Shown: positions 13,425-29,581, numbered from the stretch's first letter. The stretch: DNA of 64,000 nt from Octopus sinensis (GCF_006345805.1 NC_043000.1:49352001-49416000); one strand, 5' to 3'. The notes: generated by a model from the sequence alone, not told the origin. A program made the numbers and translations.

Positions 13425-13822
13425 GACGCAGGTGTGGCTGTGTGGTAGGAAGCTTGCTTCCCAACCACATGATTCCGGGTCCAGTCCCACTGTGTGGCAC
13501 CTTGGGCAAGTGTCTTCTTCTATAGCCTCGAGCCAACCAAAGCCGTGAGTAGATTTGGTAGTCGGAAACTGAGAGAAGCCTGTCTTGTATGTGAGTGTGC
13601 GTGTGTATGTGTGTGTGTGTGTGTGTGTCGCATCACTACTTGATAACCGGTGTTGATCTGTTTACGTCCCCGTAATTTAGCGGTTCGGCAAAAGAGATCC
13701 ATAGGGTAAGTACTAAAGCTTTAAAAAATAAGTACTGGCGTCAATTTATTCGACTAAAAAATTCTTCAAGGCGGTGCCCCAGCATGGCTGCAATCTAATG
13801 ACTGAAACAAGTAATAAAAAAT
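13425..13822 (+). mobile_element. SINE family A
   Basis: Family A head, internal (TG)n and tail are present. Confidence 0.88.
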
Positions 13823-14256
13823 AAACGACACACACACACACACATATACACTAGAACTTACTCGCACTCCTACAGTACATGTGCCTGAGAATATATTTGT
13901 ATTTCTCTTGGGTTATGTCCCTTGAGCAGTAAATTGACTAAATCGTTAGAGCATCGGAGAGATTGCCTAGTGGTATTTGTTCAACCTCACTGTACACTTA
14001 TTTCAAATTCTGTTGAAATCAGCCTTATTCTTCATTCGTCACGAATTGATGAATTAAATACATGCCCTGATTGTTGGACTGAACAACTTATTAGGGCTTC
14101 GGACCAGACGACTTGCAGCGTCTCTTTCGGTTGGTGGTGTTGTAATTGTTTAACCCTTGGTCAACTTTATTCCAACAGACGTACGATCTAAGGCGTACCA
14201 GTCGTGAACCCCAAAATAAAAAATAACGTGAAGGAAGATATTTGAATGGTACATTG

Positions 14257-14530
<274 letters not shown>

Positions 14531-14559
14531 GCCAAAATTTTAAATAGATTATATATACA

Positions 14560-14596
<37 letters not shown>

Positions 14597-15022
14597 CTCT
14601 ACGTGTATACATACATACATGTGTGTGGTGGGATAGATCAAAATTAGTAATAAGGAAAATATCTTCCGTTATTTGTGTGCAAGCGATAGCTATGAATTTA
14701 GTTAACCCGGAAGTGTAAGTGATAAATAAGGAGAAATCGGAAGTAATGTCAATGATCATTAGCAGAAACACGAACAGAAACACCTATTCTTTTAATTAAG
14801 AAACGATATACTCAGAATCAATTGAATTGACTACACCGATGCTCACACACTTGTGAATTTGTGCCAATGCAAGAATTCTGTGTTATTTGCACCGGAAAAT
14901 TATTTGGCAAGATTCCATTCCTAATATGAAATACTGCTAAATTAGAAAATGATACAATACTTATATATGACACTAGTTTGTACCACACCTTTTATACCGT
15001 TCAATGATTATTATTTTTTATC

Positions 15023-15860
<838 letters not shown>

Positions 15861-15899
15861 CTATAGTAAACGGAATGATAATAATAATTTTTCCTATTG

Positions 15900-16098
15900 G
15901 AAGCACAAGGCCTCAAATTCAGGGGAAGGGATTAAGCCGATTACATCCGACCCCAATTCGTAACTGGTACTTATTTAATCGACCCCGAAAGGATGAAAGG
16001 CACAGTCGACCTCAGCGGAATTTGAATTCAGAACACGAAGACGATAAACCGCTAAGCACTTCGCCCGGCGTGCTAAAGATTCAGCCAGCTCAGCGTCT
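15900..16098 (-). mobile_element. SINE family B
   Basis: Reverse-complement central domain CGACCCCGAAAGGATGAAAGGC. Confidence 0.8.
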
Positions 16099-16141
16099 TA
16101 ATAATAATAATAACAATAATAATAATTATTATTATTATAAT

Positions 16142-16174
<33 letters not shown>

Positions 16175-16335
16175 CCATGTCGCGCACATATGGTTGTGAT
16201 GCATGTGCCTGGTGTACCTTTATCAGACGGGTAGTCATGATGGGTATATTGGGCTTCGTATATTTTACCCCAGTATCACTTTGATGGCATGAACTACTCT
16301 CTCACTCAATAATAATAATAATAATAATAATAATG

Positions 16336-16515
16336 TGAGCTGGCAGAATCGTTAGCACGCCGGGAAAAATGTTTAGCGGTATTTCGTCCATCTTTCCGTG
16401 CTAAGTTCAAATTCCTTTCGAGTCGATAGAATAAAGTACCAGTTGAATACTGGATTCGATGTAATTGACTAGTCACCCTTCGAAATATTTCAGTCCTTGT
16501 GTCTATAGAAGACGG
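16336..16515 (-). mobile_element. Degenerate SINE family B
   Basis: Contains GAGCTGGCAGAATCGTTAGCACGCCGGG and the downstream B domain. On re-reading, this matches B as written on the plus strand, so the strand call is doubtful. Confidence 0.5.
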
Positions 16516-17004
16516 GATTACTATTACCATCATTATCATAATACTTTATTGCATAGTATGACTATAAAATAGTCTATTGTCTTTTACTGCTTTGTTTTTC
16601 CTCGAGTTGACTGTCAAACCTTAACAAAAGGTTTTAGATATGTATTTTCGTGAAAATATGAGCTATTTCTACTAGGGATGATTTTTGAAGCGCTCGAATA
16701 TCCAACTGTTCATGGTGACATGATATGTTTGTGTGTGTGTGTGTAGGGGGCTGATTGAAACTACCGTTCCGATGGTAACTGCTGCAACTCCTACTTTCGC
16801 TATTTTGCATCCCGTCATCCTGAATATCTCTCCTTTCATTTCACCATACTTCGAGATCCTTATTTACTTCCTTGGCAACAATGTTTTGAAGAATTTACCA
16901 CATTTATCACGAAGAATTCTTATATTTTTTGTCATATACAATGACATCTCATCTATGTTGTTCACTTGTTCACTTGTTCTATCTGTTTGGGTGTCAAAAT
17001 CGTG

Positions 17005-17014
17005 GTGGTGGTGG

Positions 17015-17076
<62 letters not shown>

Positions 17077-17130
17077 AGGAGGAGGAGGAGGAGGAGGAGG
17101 GTAATAATAATAAAAATTATTATTATTACA
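17005..17130. repeat. Compound trinucleotide tract (GGT)(GAT)(GGA)(AAT)
   Basis: Seen directly. Confidence 0.93.
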
Positions 17131-19435
17131 CCATTTTACTTTTCAGAGCTCTCGATTTCACTTGATCTGGATAATTCTGTGAGAGCGGACAGCAACCTGT
17201 TGCCAAAGGTCTCACAGGGTCTCCTTGCACGATTATTATAAATATTAAGAAATTATTGTTGTTGTTGTTGTTGTTGTCTGAGATTCATAATGAGTGTAAG
17301 ACAAAGTGACTATATACTGGGACACGTCACTTCACACAGACAATAAAGTTAAGGACTTTTGACCAGACATTGTTGTCAAGAACCATCAGGCTAGAAAATG
17401 TTTCCTGATTGGAAAGAAACGGTCCCAAAACGCGATAAAATGTATCGTTTAGAGAAATTGAGAAACTATTAAAATATAAATGTCTCGACATAGAGAGAAA
17501 CCAAAATGTCGAGATGAATTAAAAACAGAAATGCTAAAAACATATTTATGTAGAGTAACTTTCAACAAAAGAAAGAAGAAAAGAAAAGAAAGATGAAACA
17601 CTGCACGTGCTTATGGCGCATATGGCTACCGTTCTGTCGAGCATTGGAAGCACGTAATAAAAATAAGACGAGCGAAAGCAATAACAATATTAATTTTTTT
17701 TTAAACGAGCGAAAATGTATATTAAACTATTATATAGCATAAAAAGTATTACACAATATTATATAATGTAAATTCTCGTTAGAATTGTGACTTGTTTGTC
17801 CATATCGTTTGTTTTGTTATGTTTCGTTGCGTTATGTCTTGTTCTGTGGATTTTTGTTGTTGGTTTTTTTGTTTTTTTGGCCTTTTTTTTTTGTCATTTG
17901 ATTAATTCTTGCATATAAAAAGTATTGATAACATATAAAGAACAGTAAAAAAAAAAAAAGACGGAAAATTTCGAAGAAAGACAATAACAAAATACAGAAA
18001 AAAGATTTTAAGAAAAGTAGTAGACAGAGGCTCAAGACGAGAATTTTTCTCGAGAAATAAATGCCAAAATGTATAGAAGGAAAGACAGAATTTAATAAAG
18101 AATACAAGAAAATATAAAGAAAACAAAAATATCAATATCAAACGATTGAGAAGAACATTAAATAGAGGAAGAATAATTATGAAAGAAATTATATTCAAAG
18201 AAAGAGAACAAGTATAAATAACCATTTTTTCCTTTCTTTTCTTTATCAAGCTAATTCTTCAATGTATTGGGAAATTGTCTGGAATAAATTTATGGCACTT
18301 CACATATATACGTGTATATATATAGAGAGAGACATATATTCATACATACATATATACATACACACACATACACATATATATGATATAAAAAAGTTGAAGA
18401 TACAAAAACGATTTCGATTTAAATTTTCTGGAAAACTTACTTTACACTAAAACTCATTTCTTAATTTGTAAAAATAAAAATAAAAACAAAAGGCAACAAT
18501 TTAAAAAAAAAACAATCTCAAGAAAAAGAAAAGCAGCAACGATTTTTATAAATATTTTCATTAAATTGATACAAAACAACGGGGTTTTTGCTTAATTTTG
18601 TTTTACATTTTTGTCCAAATTCATTAACACAGAAATAATATGACGATGATGATGACGATGGTGATGGTAATGATTATGATGATGATGGCTGTGGTAGTGA
18701 CTGTGGAAGTGCTGGGGGTGAAAATGATGTAGTGATGGTGGTGGAGAGAGATGATAATGATGGTGGGGGTGGTAGAAGATGATTTGAGAAAATGGGTAAG
18801 ATGGCAGTGATGACAATTATGGTGATGGTGGTAACAGTGATAATGATGGGGTCGGTGGTGGCTGCTGATGATAATGATAATGATGATGATGGCCGTTATC
18901 GTAGTGAAGGTGGGTGTGATGGTGAAGGTTGAGGACATGATAGTGATGACTACGGCCATGTAGAGCTGGAAAACATATTCAATGTCTAGCCTTCAGTTCA
19001 GATGCGGTCGAATGAATTTACCTCAATATCTTCATTTCCAGGTAGAGGATAGCATTTTTCAATGTGTCCTTCCCTTTCATTTAAGATGGTGGGATGCAAT
19101 TAAGATGGAGATTTGGCGGCTATTTTTAGCACTTCAAGCAACCATGTAGAGGTTCCTTTTCATTGGCTCTACTGATGTGGTGCTATTTTTGTTTTTGTTT
19201 TTTGTAATTTTTCTAATAGTTTTATTGTTGCGCTTGTTCTGTTTCGGTTGTTGTTGATGCCATTGTTTAACTCCGAGTCCATTAATTCTAAACAAGTAAA
19301 CCTATGAGCAAGGTATCTACGATATTTCAACCATGACCAACGCGACGGTGCTTTTGCTGTGGAGATGGTCTCCAGATTTACATCATGCAATACGTCCCTC
19401 TTATTTTTAAGACATTTAAGACAGTGAGATGAACT

Positions 19436-19438
19436 AGT

Positions 19439-19493
<55 letters not shown>

Positions 19494-19521
19494 GGTGGTG
19501 GTGGTGGTGGTGGTGGTGGTG
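19436..19521. repeat. (AGT)n(GGT)n microsatellite
   Basis: Seen directly. Confidence 0.95.
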
Positions 19522-19949
19522 ACAGTAATAGTAGTAATATGGGGTGGCTGTTAATAGTGGAGGCGTTGTGGTGTTAGTAGTGATAGTGGTAATGCTGATG
19601 TTGCTGATGTGATGTTGCTTGTTGTCCTGGTAAGGCAAACAGTTCTGTGGTGGATCGAATAACTGAATACTCATCGCTGAAACCGACGGAGATTCATTGC
19701 TTAAAACAATTTGAATTCTTCAATTTGTTTTAAGAGAATTAGCTTTACACAAAAACGCTGTTCTAAGACAGGTCATTTATTTTCCAGATGATTAACAATT
19801 ATATGCACTCTGAATAGTAAAACTTGAAATAAAAGTACTCGTGATTTAACCTACAAATAAACCTCTACGTTGTCAATGAACCTGCTTGAAATCGCAACTA
19901 AATTTCCCTCAAATCACGCAGGATCCTATTATATTGATTTCAAATTTTG

Positions 19950-20130
19950 GCACAAGGCCAGCAATTCGATTACATGGACCCCAGTGTTCAATTAGTACTT
20001 ATTTTCTTGACCTCGAAAGGATGAAAGGCAATGTCAACCTCGGCGGAATTTGATCTTAGAACGTAAAGACAGACGGAATGCCGCTAAGCATTTCACTCGA
20101 CGTTCACACGATTCTACCAGCTCGTTGACT
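19950..20130 (-). mobile_element. SINE family B
   Basis: Reverse-complement B domain and head remnant. Confidence 0.75.
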
Positions 20131-20960
20131 TAGAATTCTACTATATCAAAAACAAATTAATACTTATTTCCTAATATATTTCTAGATAAACTTAAGATCT
20201 AGTTTGTTTTTTTTTATTCGGAAAATTTGCATTTTTAAAATAAAGTTTTAAAAAATCTGAAAATCATCTAAATTAATGCAGACTTCCAGTCTCATAGCTT
20301 TGAAGGTATGATGTTATAGAGGGGAAAAAATGGAGAAAGAAATTACAGAAGTTTAAAAACCGAAAATACTGGATATTTTTAGCCAATAGCGAGGCAGAAA
20401 TTTTCTGCGTTTATCGGAGCGGTGTCAACTTTAAGGTTGTACCCTGTAAAATATATAATTTAGCGTCTGATCTGTTCATTGTAGGTTTCTAAATAAACAG
20501 AAATACCTGATAAAATCAACATGTATCACCTTACTGTTTCTTTTGTCACTTCATTGATTCTATTTTTTACCGTTTTTAAAATCTGTCATATTAATATATT
20601 TGTCTGTATGTGTTTACTTTGTACCTGTCATGTATTTCTGTACATCATTAATGTATAAGTGCATGTGTGTGTGTGTGTGTGTGTGTGTGAAAGGGGGCGT
20701 TTGCCTCCGAAACTCCAAAGTTGAGTAACGTTTTCATGCTTCGATTTGTAAACTACGGTATAAATAACACTGGTCAACAAAGAATTTGTCCCAAGGAAAA
20801 AATACCTGTATCTTATATGTTTTTGCGTGCAGAATTCAAGCATAATGTCAAATTATCTGTACCATCCACAGTTTCTCTGTTCCACGATATCCCTACTTCT
20901 AATTTAAATTTTCATCAATAGAATTAACCTAGTGAAATCATAAATGATCTTTATAACTTT

Positions 20961-21022
<62 letters not shown>

Positions 21023-21124
21023 AATGTGAGGATAAAATTCTTTTCGAAAAAAATATTTTCTCGAAAAAAAATTTTATCAATGACCAGCATATTAAAAAAT
21101 ACCTTTAACGTTAAATTTATAAAC

Positions 21125-21272
21125 AATTCATAAATGAGGCAGAGGAAAAAATTCTAATGCCAAATATGCCGAAAAATTGGACATATTGTCCATTAATGGT
21201 TAATGGACAATATGTCCAATTTTTCGGCATATTTGGGATTAGGATTTTTTCCTCTGCCCTCATTTATGAATT
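21125..21272. repeat. Near-perfect foldback palindrome with about 72-bp arms and a 3-nt loop
   Basis: Arms 21125-21196 and 21200-21272 differ by 2 substitutions and 1 indel. Confidence 0.92.
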
Positions 21273-21339
21273 ATATATATATATATATCAGTTATATCTT
21301 TCCAAAATTTTGCTATCATATTCAAATCTGCACCCTATC

Positions 21340-21642
21340 GGTTACAACGGTGAGGGTTTCAGTTGATCTGATCAACAGAACAGCCTGATTGTGAAATTAA
21401 CGTGCAAGTAGATGAGCACTCCACAGACACACGTACCTTTAACGTAGTTCTCAGGGATGTTCAGCATAACAACGTGAGAAGGTTGGTCCTTTGAAATACA
21501 GATACATGTCATTTTTGTCAGCTGAGTGGACTTGAGCAACCTGAAATAAAGCGTCTTGCTCAAGGACACAACATGCTTCCGGATATCAAAGTCACAACCT
21601 CGCGATCGTGAGCTAGATACTTCAACCACTTAGCAGCGCACC
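21340..21642 (-). mobile_element. SINE family C
   Basis: Reverse complement of the 36059-36385 family: head, CCTTGAGCAAGAC domain and CGTTAAAGGTACGTGTG tail. Confidence 0.85.
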
Positions 21643-22834
21643 ATACATTTTAAATAACAAACTTTACGTTCCATTTTCATAATCGTCCGAAGATTGGCAA
21701 CGAGAAATCCGGAGAAATGATTTCTAAAGATTCTGCTTACAATATGTATATGTGTCTATGTCTGAGTACGTATATGTGTATGAGTGTGTGTGTGTGTGCG
21801 CGCACACACACACGCGTAAGTGAGAATCTATGCATTTAATGAACCATAGTACACGTATATATGTGGTGGGGTTGCGTGTTAGAGAGTAAATGCAATATTC
21901 CTCTGTGTGTGTGTGTGTGTGTGTGTATACGCGTATATGTGCGTACATCTATGTGATTAGTTGTGATTAAGTGTATGGATATGCGTATTTTTGTGTAATA
22001 CGTATCAATTTGCACGACCTCACGCAAGCGTATGTATGCAAACAAAAACGTGTGTTGTGTAGTAGGATCTATACGTGTTTATTTAGTGGATGTATAGAAC
22101 GTAGTGATTTCATTCCTCGTTCGATAAAAATCACGCGATTTATTTTTAAAACCCCGCAAAAAAATACTTTACTGAATAAGCATCAATGTGTTCTTTTTTT
22201 AGGTTGCATTTGGAGGAAATATTTAAGCTTTAAGCATAGAAATTTTCCTAATCTGTGCAAACATGCAATCGGTGCATATACATTTAATTTCAGATATATC
22301 ACGTTGTATAGTATGTTTATCAACATATGTATTTGTGTGTCTGAATACGTCAGTACACACACTCACACATATACACACACATATACAAACATGCACATAT
22401 ACTCATATACACATTACAATGACACAATTGTTACAGATGTCAAGAAAATAGTCTTACCTTCTTCTACACACGAACAGTAACAGCTAAAACTCTCAAAGTA
22501 GCTACAAATGTTAGGATTTGCAAACCACACATGATATCTAATGGCGACCTCGCACACAACATTAAATAAGATAAATAGAAACAAATCAATGAGGACGTTA
22601 TTGCATAGTCGCTAGGTGAGCTCGAAATAATCAAATCTCATTCAAGGATACGCTGGATAAAACTAGTCCTAAAATATGACTGAAAAAGAAAGAATTTGTC
22701 ACAGCTGGAATACCATCGATCTACGCTATTTGGAAAACAAAGAAAAACAACGATTCCTGATGTTCAGTGCTTGCTGGTTTTGTGCTACCATTACTCAGGC
22801 GCACACGATTTGTTTGTCTTTCAAATCTCATCAC

Positions 22835-22993
22835 AGGTGTAGCTGTGTGAATAATAAGCTTGTTTGCCAACGATATGGTCTTGGGTTCAGTCCCAGTTCG
22901 CACCACCTCGGGCAAGTGTTTTATGCTATAGCTGTTGACTGACCAAAGCCGTTGGGAGTGGATTTGGCTACGAAAACTAAAAGACGCTCGTCG

Positions 22994-23029
<36 letters not shown>

Positions 23030-23255
23030 ATATGTGTATGTGTGTGTGTCTTTGTGCTTGTTTTGTGTTTGTTCCCACTACAGCTCGACAAACGACGTTG
23101 GTTTGTTTACGTTCCTCTAACTTAGCGGTTCGGCAAAAATTAAACCTATAGTTTAATAATAAACCTAAGTACATTGGGGCGGTCTATTCTATTAAACCCT
23201 TCAAGGCGGTGCCAATGCATGGCCACGGTGTCCGATGGCAGCAACAGGTGGTGGA
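22835..23255 (+). mobile_element. Diverged SINE family A
   Basis: Family A architecture with internal (TG)n. Confidence 0.8.
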
Positions 23256-23653
23256 AGATAAAAGGTAACCGCTTAACTCTGTTTCTTCCTTCCAAAAACG
23301 CTCCGCCTCAAGAATTCTCCGCCCCTCCCCCACCTAGTCTCCAAGTGCACAACCGCTTTCTCTGACAAAATTTTATTTAAAAAAAAAAAAGAAAGAAAAC
23401 TATAAAGAAAGAACTTGCTTTCGGATCATAACGTGGGATGAACTTATCATATTGCCTGAGAGTAGAAATTACTGTTTTGAGGAATCGTGACGGATTAATC
23501 TATCAATGATGCAATGACACCTTGTGGCATAGCTGAGGGGTGTTCATTGATATCATTGTTAAAGCAGAGATTTGTGCAGCTGGCATTTTGGGTTAACATA
23601 ATGAGAATTACTTTTATCTTTCATCTTTTATTTCTTTCAGTTATTAGACTGAT

Positions 23654-23838
23654 AGGCGCAGGAGTGGCTGTGTGGTAAGTAGCTTGCTAACCAACCACAT
23701 GGTTCCGGGTTCAGTCCCACTGCGTGGCATCTTGGGCAAGTGTCTTCTGTTATAGCCCCGGGCCGACCAATGCCTTGTGAGTGGATTTGGTAAACGGAAA
23801 CTGAAAGAAGCTTGTCGTATATATATATATATATATAT

Positions 23839-23901
<63 letters not shown>

Positions 23902-24097
23902 GTCCGTGTTTGTCCCCCTAGCATTGCTTGACAACCGATGCTGGTGTGTTTATGTCCCCGTTACTTAGCGGTTCGGCAAAAGAGACCGATAGAAAAAGTA
24001 CTGGGCTTACAAAAGAATAAGTCCCGGGGTCGAGTTGCTCGATTAAAGGCGGTGCTCCAGCATTGCCGCATTCAAATGACTGAAACAAGTAAAAGAG
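23654..24097 (+). mobile_element. Full-length, young SINE family A
   Basis: GGCGCAGGAGTGGCTGTGTGGTAAG through ACTGAAACAAGTAAAAGAG. Confidence 0.92.
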
Positions 24098-24098
24098 A

Positions 24099-24236
24099 CC
24101 ATACTGGAGCACCGCCTTGGAGGGTTTTAGTATTTATATTTTGAAGTTTGGTACTTATTCTATCAGCTGTTTTGCTGAACCGCTACGTTACTGAGATGCA
24201 AACAATCAATAACGGTTGTCAAGCTGTAGTGGAGGA

Positions 24237-24299
<63 letters not shown>

Positions 24300-24490
24300 A
24301 CACACACGCGCGCACGCACACACGTACGGATGTGCATACATACATAAATACATGTCGGGCTTCTTTTAGTTTCCGTCTAGCAAGTCCACAAGGATTTTGT
24401 CGGACCGAGGCTATGATAGAAAATTTTACCCCAGCGACCACGCAGTATGACTGAACTCGAAACCAAGTTGTTGAAAAGCAAGCTTCTTTA
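24099..24490 (-). mobile_element. Diverged SINE family A, tail-to-tail with the preceding copy
   Basis: Reverse-complement tail CCATACTGGAGCACCGCC, internal (CA)n and a head remnant. Confidence 0.78.
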
Positions 24491-25304
24491 TTATACACCC
24501 GTATCTTCAAAAATATTGATGGTGCTCCAACATGGTCACGACAAGTAAAATGAAAGAAAAAAAGTGAAAGGCAAATCAAGTTTCCAAAGTTTTCAGATCC
24601 TGGTTGAAGCACACTTTAGCATATTCCCGATACCATTTTTCCATTCTCTCTCCCTCCCTCCCTCTCTCTCCCTCCCCCTCTCCCTCCCCCTCTCCCTCTC
24701 TCTCTTTTTTTTTTTTTCCTTGCGAAAGGGAAGGGTGCATTTTGTAGGAAAAAATATAGATACGCAACATAATCACCCAGAACTCCCAAGACATTTATAG
24801 TCAACATCTGAATAAGTCAGTATTGTAAAAACAAAAGAAATTATACTCAGTTAAGTTACCCTAAGGCAAGGAAATATTTAGTACTTCGAGCAAATCTCCT
24901 CATCTGATAGTGAAGAGAATTTCAGAAAATAAACGAACATAATCTTGTTCACCTCTTATGCAAAATTTCTGGCCTTATACCTGTATAAGAAATCAATATT
25001 AGCTGTGAGTACTGAAAGTGTTCGGTAAAATACTGCTACTATTATTGTTTGTGAACAACAATGCATCTCAAAAACTAGGCATTGCGTTAGCGCTGATTCT
25101 GTTGGCTGGTATTCTTTTAATAATCCTATATTATTTACCAGTTCTTCTGTATATCCATCCCCACCACCGCCTCCAATTGCGAATAAAATACCTGATTTCT
25201 TTGAACACTGAAAAAATAACAAGAAGACAAGAACTGCCGTTTCTATGGCAACAATCAGCGTTCTGCATTGTTAAGAAAACATAGCGTGTAAACACACACA
25301 CACA

Positions 25305-25347
<43 letters not shown>

Positions 25348-25765
25348 ACACACACATTCAAATACACATTCACACACATGCACAAACACTCACAGAAACG
25401 CGTACAGACACATATGAAAGGATATATATATATATATACATATATGTATATGCATGCTTATAGACACACCATAACACACACATACATACATGCAAACAGG
25501 GATAAAGAGATATTTGTTTACAGGTTTTTGTGCCAAACATATATAGACCGCTAAAGAAACCAATAGATGATTACATGCGCGTGCATGCGCTTCTGTATGC
25601 GGGAACAAATAAATTTCTGTATAACAGTGGCCCTCGGTTTGCAAACATGTAATATCAGGTTCAGTCCCAACTCGCACTTACTTCGGCATATGCCTGTTAC
25701 CATAGCCACAGGCTGACCAACGTATGCTAGGTGGAATTGGCAGAGAGAAACGGTGGAGAAGCCAT

Positions 25766-25859
<94 letters not shown>

Positions 25860-26049
25860 TGTGTCTGTGTGAGTGTGTATATATATATATATATATAATA
25901 TATATATATATATTATATATATATATATATATATATGTAATATATATAAGTATGTATGTATGTATGTATGCAAGTATTTTTCTAATAATAATAATAATGT
26001 ATATGACTTAAGATGTTTGCCTTCCCTTCCGTTTGTTGTTCTCTTTAAG

Positions 26050-26062
26050 AATTATGCATATG

Positions 26063-26124
<62 letters not shown>

Positions 26125-26755
26125 ATATATATATATACATCTATATGTACATCTATATCTATATATATATACATTTATATATACATATATGTATATATAT
26201 GTATATATATGTATATATATGTATATATATGTATATATATGTATATATAAACGTACATATATATATACGTATACATATATATATGTATACATACATATAT
26301 ATATATACACACACACGTTTATATATATTATATATATATATATACAATTATATATACATATATATATACATTTATATATACATATATGTACAAAGATAGA
26401 TATATATATATACATGTGTACATCTATATATATATACATATGTATACATATATGTACATACACATATATATACATGTATATATACACACACGTGTGTATA
26501 TACATATACCTATATTTATAAACACACACATATATATATATATACATATATATATACACATACACATATATATATACAAATATATATCTATATACATATA
26601 TATACACATATATCTACACATATGTATCCATATATATGTATACACACACATATGTATATACACATGTACACACATATATATTCACATATATACGCATATA
26701 TATATATATATACATACATATATGTACACACATATACATACGTATTGAAGTATAC
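26050..26755. repeat. About 700 bp degenerate (TA/CA)-rich simple sequence
   Basis: Seen directly. Confidence 0.93.
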
Positions 26756-26759
26756 ATAC

Positions 26760-27380
26760 ATTATTATCCTTCTCTTCTCCACTTTTGCCCGACCCCACCT
26801 TGAATACTGCTGTCCACTGTGGTTTCCCTACACAAAACAAAATATTATGAGAATTGAAGCTCCCCAAAGGTCAATCACAAAAAAGATAGATGGCATGTCA
26901 GACCTTGACTACTGGGGTAGACTAGAGAAGCTGAAACTGTATTCACTCCAACGACGCCGTGAACGCTACATTATCTGTATGATGTGGAAAATATTCCATC
27001 AGCACTGTCCGAATGATGTTGGCATCACCTTCAAAATACATCCAAGGCTTGGACCACGTGCCATCCGTCCACAACAAAAATCTAAATCGCATCACATAAC
27101 GACAATACGGCACAACTATTTCACCTCAATTGGACCCGCTCTCTTCAACATTACACCAGGACACATCAAAAAAGAAACTGACCACACAAAATTCAAGAAG
27201 TCTTTGGACAAATTCCTTCAAACAGTCCCGGACAAACCACCCACACCCGCAAACAATAACTCTCTGCTCGAATGGGCCTTGGTGCCCAAATCCTGAATTG
27301 AAAGACTTCGCCAGGTGGTGCTATTAAGTTAGACATGGCCTGGGCCAATACTGGCCAAAACCTTTCTAAGTTATTGTAAG
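26760..27380 (+). mobile_element. 5'-truncated CR1-group LINE (RT C-terminus plus 3' UTR)
   Basis: [47 protein letters not shown] and FKKSLDKFL are typical CR1/L2-group C-terminal motifs. Confidence 0.9.
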
Positions 27381-28354
27381 TTATATATATATATAATATA
27401 TATGAATATATATATATATATATATACATGTACATATATACATATATATACATCTGTATATTTATATTCGTATGTATATGATATATACATATATAAATAT
27501 GATATATATATATATTATATATATATAATATATATATATTACATATATAATATATTATATATATATAATATATATATATCTATATTATATATTTATATAT
27601 GTACACACATACATTGATACATGTATATATGACATACACATACACACATTTATATATACATACATGCAGTTATATAAGTACAATGGGCGATAAATGTGTG
27701 TTTGTATATTTGTGTACAGCCTGTGTTTATGTCCTCTCCCATGTAGTAATGGTTCAACAAATAGAGATCGATAAATTTTGCACCAGACATAAATTAGCAT
27801 TAGAGACGATATCATGGCCCCCAGTGACTGAAACCAATAAAAACATAACTGTGTGTGTATACATATATTTATGTGGATGGGGGTATTTTGTTATGTTACA
27901 CATTTCCACTGTATGTGTGTGGGCGCAGCTGTCTGTGCTTATTTCTCGGGGAGTTGGTTAGCATAGTTTTAGAGTTTTAACGAACGAAATCAGTTTTGAC
28001 AACAGACACATTATTAGACAGTAGGTTTTACTGGTCAATAAGTTAACCTCATTGTTACTTAAATTGAAATAGTGAGTCACAATCAATAACTAATGAATAT
28101 ACTGACCATCCTCATTGAAAAAAAAAAAGAAGAGAGAGGAAGCTGCCAGAAGGAATTTATTTATGGCTTTGAGAACTTCTTGAAATTATAAGTAAAAGAA
28201 AAAATCTTGAATTGTAGAGAAAATGCTTTTTCTCTCCTAGTCTCACTACCATTTACAATGAAAGACAATCAGGAGTAATTTGTTGATTGTAATAGCTGTC
28301 GTGACTGCGGAAGCTGCGACAATGGAGCTTCAAGGAAGCATCTGAAGAGATTCT

Positions 28355-28494
28355 TTCTTATTTTACTTGCTTCAGTCATTGGACTGCGGCCATGATGTGT
28401 CACCGACTAAAATTTTTTTTCACGTTTGATAATTATAGTATAAGTCCCTTATTGCCAAAGTGCTAAGTTATGGAGATTTAAACAAACGAAGACC

Positions 28495-28560
<66 letters not shown>

Positions 28561-28700
28561 ATGTGTGTGTGTGCGCTTTCTGTTTCCGTCCAGGAGACCC
28601 GAGGTCATTGTGAAAGGCTCTTGCCAAGGGTACCATGTAGTGGAACGGAATTTGGAACCATTTGGTTGGGAAGCAACCTTTTAACGACACTTCATGGGGT
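28355..28700 (-). mobile_element. Degenerate SINE family A
   Basis: Reverse-complement tail TTACTTGCTTCAGTCATTGGACTGCGGCCATG and a head remnant. Confidence 0.7.
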
Positions 28701-29510
28701 GGGAGAAGCTTTTTTCTTGCCCATAACAATGTTGTGTTTTTAATGTTATTAAAAGAAGGCTCCGAATTTCGATCCTGCTACGGTTCTGGGACTTTGTTTT
28801 TATTAGGGGTTTTTTTTCGCCCTTTTTGGTCATGTTTACAAGTTATATGGAAATAGTGTGCAGATATACTGAAGAAGTAGAAAATCAATATTAGTACTAT
28901 AAATAGTATAAATTGTACTGGTTTTTTTTTTTAGATATCTTTTTGAAGGCAAATTAACACAATCCAAGTATTATAAGTTCTACTATAAATTCATATGGTT
29001 TTGAAAAGAGAAAACAAAAGAAACGATGTAACCACTGATGATTTTACGGCTTTCAAACCTTTTAATTTCTGCATTATAACTTTACTCGGCGATCTTAAGC
29101 ACATAGAAAGTTTTAGTAGAGTGGGTCTGGGAGGCCAATCTTTTGTGTGTATATTATATTATATTATATTATATTATATTATATCATATTATATATTAGA
29201 GCAAAAATTAAAACCAGGGCAGAATGTGTATCTCAAGTCATTTAGAATAATTTAATAAGAGTAAGGTGAATTTAAGTCTTACAGCCGTTTCTGAGACAAC
29301 GCAAGTGGTAGGTTAGCATGTCCGTGCAACGGGTATTCCGTTATCAGAGACAAGGTATGTATGAAGATTTTAGACGGGGGAAATTTACAGTTTACAAGGA
29401 ATAATTTTCACAGTTTAAAGGAATAAAATATAAGAATAAAGGAGTAGAACAGAAGAATAAATAGTAAGAATAATTGAAGAATATAGGCAGGAGAATAATG
29501 TTCACAACTC

Positions 29511-29581
<71 letters not shown>

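Noticed and set aside
14700-14745. Two ETS-like CGGAAGT motifs
   Set aside because: There is no CpG-rich context or other promoter evidence, and short motifs are expected by chance.
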